IMG/VR virus record: IMGVR_UViG_3300045988_115271
Source: a virus
Strand: one strand, 5' to 3'
DNA: 64,000 nt
Shown here: positions 10,155 through 19,992 of the stretch, piece by piece
Numbering within the stretch: position 1 is the stretch's first letter
Layout: every line of letters begins with the position of its first letter
Notes under the pieces: model-generated
What the model saw: the letters and a program-made list of their open reading frames with translations, nothing else
The model's database searches: none
What the model was told of the DNA's origin: nothing
Program-made: the position numbers and the translations under genes

Positions 10155-10387
10155 GTGTAGAAGTGATAAGATATAGGCTTCCGGTTTATTGGGCTTGCGC
10201 TCTGATAAATGATGATTATACCGGACTGGAAGATAAAGAATGCGAGAAAATAAAACGCTTCTTAGAAATAGCAGAAGGTTATCCGGTAGATGTAGATTGG
10301 GAAACACAAGGGTTTTACCATTGTAATGACGCAGGAACACTTCCCGGAGAGTGTGCAGATTTTATTTTTCATAAGTGTAATGATTAA
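10127..10387 (+). CDS. hypothetical protein (86 aa)
   Basis: ORF in block. Confidence 0.35.
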   Translation: MSLQTGETMSVEVIRYRLPVYWACALINDDYTGLEDKECEKIKRFLEIAEGYPVDVDWETQGFYHCNDAGTLPGECADFIFHKCND

Positions 10388-10398
10388 ACTAAAATAAT

Positions 10399-11295
10399 AT
10401 GGAAACTACAAACAAACTGTTTTATTCAGGTACAAAATTCTTTACAGAAAATGAAGAAGATTATAGAATAACAGTTAGAATCTCTTTGGATGATGACTGC
10501 AAAAATAACATATGCGACTGGAGCATAACAGCCGACGTTGACTGGAAAAACAAGCATGGAAAATATGAGGATTACTTAGGAGGCTGCTGCCATGATGAAG
10601 TTGCAAAACATTTTCCGGAATTGGCAAAATTCATATCGTTGCATCTTTGTAACCATTATGGTGCTCCTATGTATCCGGTGGAAAATGGCATATATCACGT
10701 TAGAAGAAGCGGTATGTCTGTGGCAATGGAGTATTTGCGTATATCAGAACAAGAATGCGTAGAATTATATAAAGCCTCTGAGGATAAGTTGTATTTCAGG
10801 TATATGCTTTTCAATCTGGGGATCGTGGATAGATGGAAAAGAGAATCAGAAGAACTTATTGCGGAACTTGAAAAATTGTGTGGTAAGAAGTGGGTTAATC
10901 CATATAAGCCGGAAGAAGAAAGATTTGTTTTAACACTAACGGACGAGGAACGATCTCTTATTGAAGAGCGTATTAAAGCCGGGCATTATTCCTCAGAAAA
11001 TATAGAGAAACGCAGAGTGGAAGCCCATAAAGCAAAGATGGCGGCAAAACGTGCTGAAATTTGTGAGCGATACGATAAGAAAATCAGACAAGCAGAAGCA
11101 GAAAAGAAGATAATGCTCTGTGTATTTGATTATGGATTGTCTACCGATAATGTTATATATTATTCTCACACGAACACTTTGTCTTTCAACTGGAACGGTT
11201 ATGGAGGAAAAATCACACAGGAAGAGTTTGATGATTTTGTAAATAACGTAGACCGCTCTCAGTTGCCGGAAGATATTAGGTTTGAGCTTAAATAA
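10399..11295 (+). CDS. hypothetical protein (298 aa)
   Basis: Long ORF with a Cys/His-rich N-terminal half. Confidence 0.5.
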   Translation: METTNKLFYSGTKFFTENEEDYRITVRISLDDDCKNNICDWSITADVDWKNKHGKYEDYLGGCCHDEVAKHFPELAKFISLHLCNHYGAPMYPVENGIYHVRRSGMSVAMEYLRISEQECVELYKASEDKLYFRYMLFNLGIVDRWKRESEELIAELEKLCGKKWVNPYKPEEERFVLTLTDEERSLIEERIKAGHYSSENIEKRRVEAHKAKMAAKRAEICERYDKKIRQAEAEKKIMLCVFDYGLSTDNVIYYSHTNTLSFNWNGYGGKITQEEFDDFVNNVDRSQLPEDIRFELK

Positions 11296-11581
11296 AATAT
11301 TGGATATGGAAAGATTGAATTTTGAAACATTGCTTCGTGTTGTAAGATGGGATTACAACCGTTGTTTTAAGGATGAATCACTGGACAAGGATTTGTTCAT
11401 GGAAAAATACGGGAAAGTTATGGGGGAACATTATTACAATAAGTTTGTCCATGAGTTTAACGGGAATATCCTGAAGATGGTCGGTTACTTCAGAGGTTCC
11501 GAAAAAGAGGGGCAAGCCTTCTGCGATATGATAACCGAACGCATTGAAAAATATGAACAAAGAGAACCATACAACCCTTAG
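11282..11581 (+). CDS. hypothetical protein (99 aa)
   Basis: ORF in block. Confidence 0.4.
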   Translation: MSLNKILDMERLNFETLLRVVRWDYNRCFKDESLDKDLFMEKYGKVMGEHYYNKFVHEFNGNILKMVGYFRGSEKEGQAFCDMITERIEKYEQREPYNP

Positions 11582-11744
11582 CAACAAGCGGTAATAAAAT
11601 CTTACAAATTAATTGGTTTGGCTGATAGAAAATTGTTTCTGTCGGCTTTCTTTTTATCAGGAGGTGACATGAATTATGGATAAATATTCACCCCCTAAGT
11701 CTTCATTAATACTATTCGATTAAATAACTAAAAAACTTACTTAT

Positions 11745-12809
11745 ATGAACAACTCTATGGTCGCTCACTTATGGGCAAACGAAATGAAAGAATTTGCAAA
11801 TGGTAGTAACTTCTATTTTGAAGATGAAAGTATTTACTCCTATGGAAGTCATTTTGAGGTTGGAAGAATCGTGCGGAACAAGCGTGGAGAAAAGGCATAT
11901 TTAATTAATGACATATATCGTTCCTCTTCTACAAGCAAACATCAATGTTGTGTTCGTGACGCAATACCAACTGGTTCAAAGGTATTCAGTGTTGGATATA
12001 ATATGTCAAATACTGGTAATATGGCATTTGTCACCAGTGGGTTGGAATCCATTAAAGATGCTATTGAAAAATACAAGAAAGCCAGAACTGAATTACCTTA
12101 TCAGAATGTTTGGGGAGCTTTTAAAAATCTGATGGGTTATATTGAGTTCTTCGATATGGGGACTCCCCAGCGTCTTCTTAAAAAGAGCACAAACGAATGG
12201 CTTGGAGCTAACCATGAATTATCATGGAAATCAGATAAGATTAAACGTGAACATGTCCGTGAATTGAAACGTATTTTCCAGATATTGTTGAATCATCAAG
12301 CATTGGAAGTATTTGGAACCGTTAATGTGGTTGTGGATGAAGTTTGTGGTGAAGGAACATGGGCTAAATATACGATCAGATGTCAAAGATGGACAGAAGG
12401 TTGTGAAAAGAGAGAGGCTATAGCTCTTGAAAAGGCAAGGAAAGAGGAAGAGTCTCGTAACAAAACATTGGAAGAACGGATACAAATGTGGAAGTCTGAC
12501 GAGATTTCCCAGTTGAATTATTGGAGTATGAATTATGAATATAACCAACCGAACGTATGGTTGCGTATTAAGAATGGAAAAATCGAAACCAGTAAGGGCA
12601 TCAAAGTAGAACAAACTGAAGCTGAAAGACTTTGGAGATTGATTAAGGTCTTCCATAATGGCGGTCAGTTCCAGCACGATTTGGCATTGGATGTAACCGG
12701 TCACAGATGGGCGTTCAATCGTTATGAAAACGATATGCTGACTGCCGGATGTCACCGGATTGCATATAATGAGATGGAAAGTATTGCGAAACAACTGGGA
12801 TGGGCGTAA
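11745..12809 (+). CDS. hypothetical protein (354 aa)
   Basis: Long ORF preceded by a 163-bp gap. Confidence 0.5.
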   Translation: MNNSMVAHLWANEMKEFANGSNFYFEDESIYSYGSHFEVGRIVRNKRGEKAYLINDIYRSSSTSKHQCCVRDAIPTGSKVFSVGYNMSNTGNMAFVTSGLESIKDAIEKYKKARTELPYQNVWGAFKNLMGYIEFFDMGTPQRLLKKSTNEWLGANHELSWKSDKIKREHVRELKRIFQILLNHQALEVFGTVNVVVDEVCGEGTWAKYTIRCQRWTEGCEKREAIALEKARKEEESRNKTLEERIQMWKSDEISQLNYWSMNYEYNQPNVWLRIKNGKIETSKGIKVEQTEAERLWRLIKVFHNGGQFQHDLALDVTGHRWAFNRYENDMLTAGCHRIAYNEMESIAKQLGWA

Positions 12810-13600
12810 GTGCTCATCCTTATAAAAAGAAGAATAAAAACCAAATAAATACAAATAAGATTATGAAACAGAATATGACAACAATACCTTTTAACTTGAA
12901 ATTAGCAAAGGAAATTAATGATGGTAAATATGATGGTGCGATCATAACAATCAGTGAAAAATTCAAAGTGGAATTAGTGTATTACAAAGAAGAGGGAACA
13001 TACCCAATTCTGGGAGTGGTTCATACTGATCACGGTATAATATCGGATTGGTTCTCTTCTAATGGATGCGGCTCTAAAAATTACAGACTTGAACTTGAAG
13101 TTCCAGAATATACGACATTTAAGGATGGAGATGTGTTAAGTAATAAAGATGGTGATTATATCTTTATTTTAAATGCAAATGGGGAATATTTAACGTCTTT
13201 ATATGCTTCTTTAAATCAAAATGGTATTCTTAACATAGGAGATGGTTTATCTGCTTGTAGAAATACTATAGAAAACTATAGATTTGCTACTGAAGTAGAA
13301 AGACAAAAACTTATTGATGTTCTTAAAGCGAGCAGAGAACCTAAAGCTAAAGAGTATCTGAAACGCTTCTTCGGGATTGAAGAAAAGCCGAAATATGAGT
13401 TTAAGCCGTTTGACAAAGTGCTGGTAAGAAACGATGAAAATGAAGAATGGAATATCAGTTTATTTGCGAGGGAAACCACGGATTATTCTGATGGATTGAC
13501 TTATGAGTATGAATGTTGTAATGGAATACTATGGAATTATTGTATCCCTTTTGAGGGTAACGAACATCTTTTAGGAACTGCTGAAAATCCAGAAAAATGA
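12800..13600 (+). CDS. hypothetical protein (266 aa; start likely the internal Met at about 12863)
   Basis: ORF in block. Confidence 0.45.
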   Translation: MGVSAHPYKKKNKNQINTNKIMKQNMTTIPFNLKLAKEINDGKYDGAIITISEKFKVELVYYKEEGTYPILGVVHTDHGIISDWFSSNGCGSKNYRLELEVPEYTTFKDGDVLSNKDGDYIFILNANGEYLTSLYASLNQNGILNIGDGLSACRNTIENYRFATEVERQKLIDVLKASREPKAKEYLKRFFGIEEKPKYEFKPFDKVLVRNDENEEWNISLFARETTDYSDGLTYEYECCNGILWNYCIPFEGNEHLLGTAENPEK

Positions 13601-13836
13601 AAACGGTAAAGTTATCTGATTTTTCTCCTTATGACAGAAACAAAGGAGGAATACAAGAATTGCATCATAAAATTGAGTCCAAAATACTTCAGTATTGGGG
13701 TGGAGGTAGTGGTATTCTGATTGGCATCACTCCGATATATAAGAGACGTTTGTGGAGCGAAGAAGTGAAAGTTGTAAATGATAAAATGACAAATATGAAA
13801 ACAAGAACATACGAAGGGGTGCAGCACGGAGACTAG
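13597..13836 (+). CDS. hypothetical protein (79 aa)
   Basis: ATGA overlap with the upstream ORF. Confidence 0.35.
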   Translation: MKTVKLSDFSPYDRNKGGIQELHHKIESKILQYWGGGSGILIGITPIYKRRLWSEEVKVVNDKMTNMKTRTYEGVQHGD

Positions 13837-13863
13837 GTAAGATGTGTCTTATGTGGAGCACAA

Positions 13864-14064
13864 ATGCTTCTTCCATGTGGAGCTGACAAATGCCCGGAAT
13901 GTGGAGAAAATGGCACTTTAAGGTGGGTCGACGAAGAGAGGCAGGAAATAGATGCTAAGGGTCTGGATTGCTTAGATTATGTAAGAGAGTTGAGGGTAGA
14001 TGATTATTTATCTCCGACAACATTAGAAGAGATCGCGGAAGAAATAAAGAAAAAAAGTAAATAG
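13864..14064 (+). CDS. zinc-ribbon protein (66 aa)
   Basis: CGADKCPECG motif. Confidence 0.35.
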   Translation: MLLPCGADKCPECGENGTLRWVDEERQEIDAKGLDCLDYVRELRVDDYLSPTTLEEIAEEIKKKSK

Positions 14065-14196
14065 AGGATAACTCTAATGAGAAAATTATTAAAAGTAAAA
14101 TTTATTCGAAAATGCGCATACGGGGCGATCACTATCAGATCTGATAATGACCGCTGAATTAAGTAACATAGCTAAGAATTGTAAAATATAGAAAAT

Positions 14197-14451
14197 ATGT
14201 ATGAGAATATTTTAAGCAACATGTTAGGATGTCAGACATATTGTATATCAGACAGTCCTTCGAATAGATACTGTCTTATTGGACCCATTGAGTGCAATGA
14301 GAAGTTAATAGAAGTGTTTAAGAAGGGGATAACAGTAAAACTCAAATACGTGGAAAAACGGGTCCTGGATACATTTACGGACAACAGAATCGACCTGAGC
14401 AATTACACTCACTGTATTATTGTGAAGCGGAATTTTTATCTCGCTTGGTAA
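14197..14451 (+). CDS. hypothetical protein (84 aa)
   Basis: ORF in block. Confidence 0.35.
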   Translation: MYENILSNMLGCQTYCISDSPSNRYCLIGPIECNEKLIEVFKKGITVKLKYVEKRVLDTFTDNRIDLSNYTHCIIVKRNFYLAW

Positions 14452-14469
14452 CAGCAAAACATAAACAAT

Positions 14470-15147
14470 ATGAATAATTTTGTAATAGATACTCCAGATA
14501 ATTTCTGGCAAATAAGATGGCTTGACAAGTATATGGAGGGCCACAAAGGGTTCATAGCTGGTGGATGTTTTAAGAATATCCTTTCCGGAGAAAAAGTAAA
14601 AGATATTGATATTTTCTTTGAAAGCGAAGACGATTTTCAGGAAGCTGTTGATTTGTTCAATGATGAAAAACATCAGAAAGAAGGATGGAAATTTAAGTAC
14701 AGGAATGAGAAGGTATGCGCATTCCAGAAAGAGGGAGAAAAGGTATGGGTAGAGTTCATAGAGTCAGAGTTCGGAAAGCCAGAAGAGATTCTCAGGAGCT
14801 TCGACTTTACTGTGGCAAAAATGGCTTACTACAAGGAGCCTAAATACGAAGAAGAGGAATACGAAGAAGAGGAAGATGATTATTTTCCATTCTCATCTGC
14901 AAGTATAGTAGCATACGAGTACAAACTACTCTACCATGAGAAATTCTTCGAACATCTTCATATGAAGAGACTGGTCATTGATGAAAATATTCCTTTTCCA
15001 GTAAGCACATGGGAACGCTCATATCGGTATAAAGGATATGGTTACAATATGTGCCGGGAGACAAAGAAAAAACTTCTACAGGCTCTTAAAGGTGTAAATG
15101 TAGAGGAGGAAGATGTATCTTTGTATGCTACTGGAGGATGGGATTAA
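14470..15147 (+). CDS. minimal nucleotidyltransferase (Pol-beta superfamily fold)
   Basis: GG-x12-DIDIF matches the hG[GS]...DhD NTase signature, and SFDFTV supplies a third acidic residue. The C-terminal half is acidic. Confidence 0.5.
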   Translation: MNNFVIDTPDNFWQIRWLDKYMEGHKGFIAGGCFKNILSGEKVKDIDIFFESEDDFQEAVDLFNDEKHQKEGWKFKYRNEKVCAFQKEGEKVWVEFIESEFGKPEEILRSFDFTVAKMAYYKEPKYEEEEYEEEEDDYFPFSSASIVAYEYKLLYHEKFFEHLHMKRLVIDENIPFPVSTWERSYRYKGYGYNMCRETKKKLLQALKGVNVEEEDVSLYATGGWD

Positions 15148-15605
15148 CCTATAAAACAAAATTGCTTATGAAAACATTAGAACAACTTAAAGGATTAGCA
15201 TCAAAATGTTTAGACGGTAGAGATTTTAACAGACTGGCTAAATTTATCCCATATAACATGATAAAGGATTTCGGTATGGAGCCGAATGAAGAATATGACA
15301 ACGAGGAAAAGTGGAACAGTACTGTAGTTGAATTTACCAGAGAAAATGTCCTGAAACAGCTTGAAGAAGACGTAAGATTCGGTTTTGAAAAGGCATTAAA
15401 TCAGAGAGGAATATCAGCCAGTTTGATGTTTGAATGTGTGATGATGTGGAACTACATTCTGGAAGAAGGTCTTGAAGGCTGGAGTGAGGATGATTATGCA
15501 TTTTATGGACTCCCTCTATTTAAAGCTACGGCTGTAAAATATGGATGGGACAATCCGATAGGGGAAGACAGCGGGAGAGAAAGAAAATATGATTCACAAT
15601 GTTAA
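15138..15605 (+). CDS. hypothetical protein (155 aa)
   Basis: ORF in block. Confidence 0.4.
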   Translation: MGLTYKTKLLMKTLEQLKGLASKCLDGRDFNRLAKFIPYNMIKDFGMEPNEEYDNEEKWNSTVVEFTRENVLKQLEEDVRFGFEKALNQRGISASLMFECVMMWNYILEEGLEGWSEDDYAFYGLPLFKATAVKYGWDNPIGEDSGRERKYDSQC

Positions 15606-16471
15606 ATCGGTATATTATGAGCACAAGTAAAGAATACAAGGCAGTAAGGAACTATATATTAAATGAACTTCACCTTACCAAAGAAGATATAATCAAAAAC
15701 ATAGAGCCATTATTGGAAAAACTCGTAAAACGGTGTATGCTTAATACATACGGAGGAAACAATCAGATAGAACATTGGATCAGATGTATGGTAACAGATG
15801 AGCTTAAACAAAGAGATCATAATTTTGTAAGAAGAGCGTGCGAGAGCGTCATCAGGGATCATGTATTAAATGAGTTGAATATAATCGTAAGATCCAAAAG
15901 TGAGAAATGTACATGTGAAAACAGAGTACCATCCGAAGAGGATAAGAAAAAGTCAACTGATGGACTGTATATAATCTACAAAGATGGACATGTAGAGCCG
16001 TTTACCGGCGATAACTCCAAAGATTGTGTACGATACATTGGGTTGAAGCACAGATACATGTCATTTGCAATCTCACTGACGGAACATGATATCGTACAAT
16101 TGCTTGACGATGATAGCCGTGAAGAATCCGGAAGTGGGACATATTACGAACGTGAATGTGATGCGCTGTTTGACATTGACGGACGCGGCAATACGGAACG
16201 CCTTGTAGCCAGAAATCCAAAATTGAGAAATCTGCTGGAAGATGGCGAGTATATACCATCTCTTGGTCAATTAAATTTAATGGCCCATTATATGGACGAA
16301 CTAAACAAAGCATTCACTTATGTTTCGGCATCTCCCCTCTCCTCGACGTGGTATTGGTCCAGTACTGAGAGCAGCCAGGCCGTCGCGTGGTACGTGGTCT
16401 TCTCCAGTGGTCTCACGGGCACCGGCAACAAGCACATCGGAGACATGGTTCGGACGGTAATTGATTTTTAA
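15599..16471 (+). CDS. hypothetical protein (290 aa; GC-rich low-complexity C-terminus)
   Basis: Long ORF; its 3' 120 nt are unusually GC-rich. Confidence 0.45.
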   Translation: MLNRYIMSTSKEYKAVRNYILNELHLTKEDIIKNIEPLLEKLVKRCMLNTYGGNNQIEHWIRCMVTDELKQRDHNFVRRACESVIRDHVLNELNIIVRSKSEKCTCENRVPSEEDKKKSTDGLYIIYKDGHVEPFTGDNSKDCVRYIGLKHRYMSFAISLTEHDIVQLLDDDSREESGSGTYYERECDALFDIDGRGNTERLVARNPKLRNLLEDGEYIPSLGQLNLMAHYMDELNKAFTYVSASPLSSTWYWSSTESSQAVAWYVVFSSGLTGTGNKHIGDMVRTVIDF

Positions 16472-16482
16472 AAAGAATTACA

Positions 16483-17280
16483 ATGATAACATCGGTAAAA
16501 ATAAAAGACAATACAAAAACTCCATTTGAATATGTTTCGGATATAGAAGCATTTGAAAATGGCAAGAAATTTATTTTCAAGCCAGGAGTGAATGTAATTA
16601 TAGGTAAAAACGGTAGCGGAAAATCAACCTTGTTTAACATCATATCAATGTATGCGTTATGCGAGAAATCCATGTGCTCTGAAATGCCGACCGAGGCACT
16701 GGATTTTCCACCTATATTTGATGACGATGATAAGGTTTTTGATGGGATTGACATATCATCCGATTATGCAGGGAAAGTATTCCGTTTATTGCCATCGGCG
16801 GAGATGAATCGAGATAGTATATTGAAAAACATCAGCAATTTAGATTTGTATGTGAATAATATTCGAAAATCTTATGGAGAGAAAGTGGTGTTATCATTGG
16901 AATCGCTTTTCAATTTAATGTTCAGTCAGAAGGATTATACGTTTCCAATACAAGATCTTGTAGAATACAAGAAAAAATCAAATGCGTTTTGGATTAAAAG
17001 AATTGATAACCTGTTGAAGTATTATAAAAGAAACCGCATAGCATTAACAAAAAGCAGTTTTGAATACACGGTTCTCATGGATGAGCCAGACAGGAATCTT
17101 GATATTGATAACATAATGCAAATTTATAATGTATTGTCATTCCATAAACCACAAACACAAATTATAGCCATAGTACACAATCCGGCATTGATTTACAAGT
17201 TAAGCAAATTAGATTGTGTGAATTTCATAGAGATGACAGAAGGATATCTTAGTAAAACTTGTATATTTATGTCTAATTAA
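16483..17280 (+). CDS. minimal ABC-type (RecF/SMC-like) ATPase
   Basis: Walker A GKNGSGKST, Walker B plus D-loop VLMDEPDRNLD, and an H-loop IAIVHN. Confidence 0.55.
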   Translation: MITSVKIKDNTKTPFEYVSDIEAFENGKKFIFKPGVNVIIGKNGSGKSTLFNIISMYALCEKSMCSEMPTEALDFPPIFDDDDKVFDGIDISSDYAGKVFRLLPSAEMNRDSILKNISNLDLYVNNIRKSYGEKVVLSLESLFNLMFSQKDYTFPIQDLVEYKKKSNAFWIKRIDNLLKYYKRNRIALTKSSFEYTVLMDEPDRNLDIDNIMQIYNVLSFHKPQTQIIAIVHNPALIYKLSKLDCVNFIEMTEGYLSKTCIFMSN

Positions 17281-17292
17281 ATATTTTCAACA

Positions 17293-17676
17293 ATGAGCTA
17301 TTTTGTATTAATGGGGAGAAGAATCCCAAAGCAAGCCATAACAGGCTTCAGATTCCAAAATGAAACAGACAACATTCGTCCTTTCCTATCAATCAGGATA
17401 AGAGGGAAGGAGGAAATTATACCCTTTAAAGATAAAAGGGAAATACTGTCCGTGAAAGCGCATTTGTGTTCTGTCTTCTCCAAATTTGTGAAAATAGGTG
17501 ACTGGTATCTCAAGATGTCGGAAGTTAAGGAGTATAAGCCGGTGACTGCCGAAGATATGAATCCTTACATCTTATTTAAAACATCTAAGTTCGGAAACAT
17601 AAAGGTTCGTTTCCAAAAAGATGAAGATATGAATGCAGAATTATTGGTATTGGATCAACTTTTTGATGTGGAATAA
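17293..17676 (+). CDS. hypothetical protein (127 aa)
   Basis: ORF in block. Confidence 0.4.
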   Translation: MSYFVLMGRRIPKQAITGFRFQNETDNIRPFLSIRIRGKEEIIPFKDKREILSVKAHLCSVFSKFVKIGDWYLKMSEVKEYKPVTAEDMNPYILFKTSKFGNIKVRFQKDEDMNAELLVLDQLFDVE

Positions 17677-17705
17677 ATTAGTAATCACCTTTTATAAATC
17701 AAGCT

Positions 17706-17957
17706 ATGACTTGGAAAGAATTGAAAGACAAAATATCTCTTATGACAGAAGAAGAGCAACAGCAGGAAGTTGCAGTTTGGGGAGAATATCTGAATTTGAT
17801 GAAAGATTGCTCCTTGGAGAAAACAAATGAGAATATGTACTACAACTCTGAATGGGATTATACTCTTGAAGAGAGTGAATTGGAACCGGAAGACAAGAAT
17901 GACCCTGATATACATAAGGTATATGAAGCAGGAATGCATTATATTTATTCAAATTGA
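17706..17957 (+). CDS. hypothetical acidic protein (83 aa)
   Basis: ORF in block. Confidence 0.35.
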   Translation: MTWKELKDKISLMTEEEQQQEVAVWGEYLNLMKDCSLEKTNENMYYNSEWDYTLEESELEPEDKNDPDIHKVYEAGMHYIYSN

Positions 17958-17969
17958 TTTTAAAAAGAT

Positions 17970-18722
17970 TTGATTATGGCAGCATTAACAACACTAAATA
18001 TAACGGAAAAGAATACCAATAACAGTTTATCTGTAACTGTTAAAGTGAATGTCACCAAAGAAGGAGTGTTTACCACTACTTTATCAAAAGAAGATGTGGA
18101 CAAGATTCATTCTTATAAGATCAAATTACCTGTCAACAGATTAGGCAACGAAGGATATTTCAATAGCACATCACTTTCTGATCTGGAAAATCAAATCAGG
18201 AAAGTCCTGGAGAGGTGTTTAAGCTATAAAATAGTAGAAGAAGTACCTGTTATTAAGTATCAGTTAGAAACTCTCTGTTTATTTGCCTATGACAAAAACG
18301 GAGACATTGTTCCTAACCCCTCTGTGGAATGGACAGGGAACTATGAGAATGGAGAATGGAGAGATGGAACTTCTCGTTTAGATGCTTTAAATGCCGAACC
18401 TTTCGGTTTTAGTATTTATGCAAAACCATTTCTAAAAAGAGTAATTGAATATGGTAATGGAGAGAAAAAAGTAGAATACGATAGATTGAATGCAGAAAAA
18501 GGAACTTATACACACTGGCTGAATTGTGTAGCAGGTATGTCATACAATCGATATAAGCCGGTAATGGAAGTGGAATGCAACGAATGCACCTCAAAATTAT
18601 TCGTTGATATGATCAAATCTATTTGTAAGATAAGTGAACAAATTAAGAGTTTTATCAATCCAGAACAAATAAAAGCAATTGCGGAGTCAAATGAACCGAT
18701 TTTGCTTTTATCTAACAACTAA
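17970..18722 (+). CDS. hypothetical protein (250 aa)
   Basis: ORF in block. Confidence 0.5.
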   Translation: MIMAALTTLNITEKNTNNSLSVTVKVNVTKEGVFTTTLSKEDVDKIHSYKIKLPVNRLGNEGYFNSTSLSDLENQIRKVLERCLSYKIVEEVPVIKYQLETLCLFAYDKNGDIVPNPSVEWTGNYENGEWRDGTSRLDALNAEPFGFSIYAKPFLKRVIEYGNGEKKVEYDRLNAEKGTYTHWLNCVAGMSYNRYKPVMEVECNECTSKLFVDMIKSICKISEQIKSFINPEQIKAIAESNEPILLLSNN

Positions 18723-18728
18723 AAAATC

Positions 18729-18869
18729 ATGAGGTATATATGTGTTTTTATCTGCTTTCTGTTATGGCTTATTTTTACGTTGTTATTATCACTCACTGTC
18801 ATAGGATTGGTTATAAGCGTGAGTGATGAATGGCAGGAAATGGGTGACAAAATAATAGATAAACTTTAA
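18729..18869 (+). CDS. small hydrophobic membrane protein (46 aa; not in the ORF track)
   Basis: Manual translation gives MRYICVFICFLLWLIFTLLLSLTVIGLVISV..., one transmembrane helix. It fills a gap that is otherwise non-coding. Confidence 0.35.
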   Translation: MRYICVFICFLLWLIFTLLLSLTVIGLVISVSDEWQEMGDKIIDKL

Positions 18870-18875
18870 AAAGAT

Positions 18876-19139
18876 ATGAGCAAATACAGAACAGAAGCCG
18901 GAATAGAATGCACGGAAGAAGAATGCAAGCTAATTGATTCATTTAAGAGGCTTGCCAAAAAATGGAAGAAAGATGGGAAACGATTATGGATATATTCAGC
19001 AAGCGGAACATTACATGTAATGATGCATGGAGATACAAACTATAATCCCACACCGGAATTTACGCAATATGGAGGCAGTAACATTGAAAATAGTATAACC
19101 ATCATTGATGGAATACCGAATGATGGCGGAGATTGGTAA
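18876..19139 (+). CDS. hypothetical protein (87 aa)
   Basis: ORF in block. Confidence 0.4.
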   Translation: MSKYRTEAGIECTEEECKLIDSFKRLAKKWKKDGKRLWIYSASGTLHVMMHGDTNYNPTPEFTQYGGSNIENSITIIDGIPNDGGDW

Positions 19140-19153
19140 TAATATAAAAAGAA

Positions 19154-19414
19154 ATGAACGATATACTATTCAGGAAAATAAAAAGAGCTAACAGTAAATA
19201 TACTGAATACTTATCAGCTTGCGATAAAGTAGCTAAAGCAGCCCAAAAGCATATAAACTGGAATAATAACGTAGGTTGTGCCTATATACTGGGTGACGGT
19301 CTTTGTGTGGAGATTGAAGCACATGTTTGTCCGGTTACAAGATTTTTTGAGCTACCTGAGATTATCGGTAATGATATGATTGATGAATACACATATCGAA
19401 CAAATTGTATTTAA
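19154..19414 (+). CDS. hypothetical protein (86 aa)
   Basis: ORF in block. Confidence 0.4.
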   Translation: MNDILFRKIKRANSKYTEYLSACDKVAKAAQKHINWNNNVGCAYILGDGLCVEIEAHVCPVTRFFELPEIIGNDMIDEYTYRTNCI

Positions 19415-19431
19415 CGAATAACTAAAAAGAA

Positions 19432-19767
19432 ATGAAACGAGAAGATATTGAAAAAGCAGCAAAAGATTATACCATAGGTAAAACACATTTTCGGCGAAAC
19501 GTTCTCAAAGAAGTGGATGCAGACGATTATGTTTTACGCAAGGATAATTGCTATGAAGACTTCATGGCAGGTGCAGAATGGAGCATCAGCAGCGCGTGGC
19601 ATGATGCAAGCGAAACACCACAACACAGTGGAATGTTGATTGCTATTAAACAAGATGGAACTCCTATTGTCTGTGGGCCAAATAACTCTAATTGGAAAAT
19701 AGCTGTTAGAATTTTCCATATCGTAAGATGGGCCTACATCGAAAATTTACTGCCTATTACATGTTAA
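19432..19767 (+). CDS. hypothetical protein (111 aa)
   Basis: ORF in block. Confidence 0.4.
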   Translation: MKREDIEKAAKDYTIGKTHFRRNVLKEVDADDYVLRKDNCYEDFMAGAEWSISSAWHDASETPQHSGMLIAIKQDGTPIVCGPNNSNWKIAVRIFHIVRWAYIENLLPITC

Positions 19768-19788
19768 ATAATATATTTTCACGAGATC

Positions 19789-19992
19789 ATGACCGACAGA
19801 GAACTTCTTGAAGAAAACAATAAGATGTTAAAGGAAATTCTAAGTTTTGTGAGAAAAGTTGATTCTGTTGAATACAGGGATCATCAAGACTTTATGGAAT
19901 TTCTTAGAAATGTGGCAGCCGATATATGGGTGGAATATACGGAGCCTGAACAAAGAGGTAGATTGTTTAATTTAATAAATAAAAAGAAATGA
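19789..19992 (+). CDS. hypothetical protein (67 aa)
   Basis: ORF in block. Confidence 0.3.
   Translation: MTDRELLEENNKMLKEILSFVRKVDSVEYRDHQDFMEFLRNVAADIWVEYTEPEQRGRLFNLINKKK

Noticed and set aside
12231-12854. 207-aa minus-strand ORF antisense to the 354-aa gene, and a similar 192-aa one at 19967..20545
   Set aside because: Both are fully contained within longer plus-strand ORFs in the plus-strand block; no independent evidence supports them.
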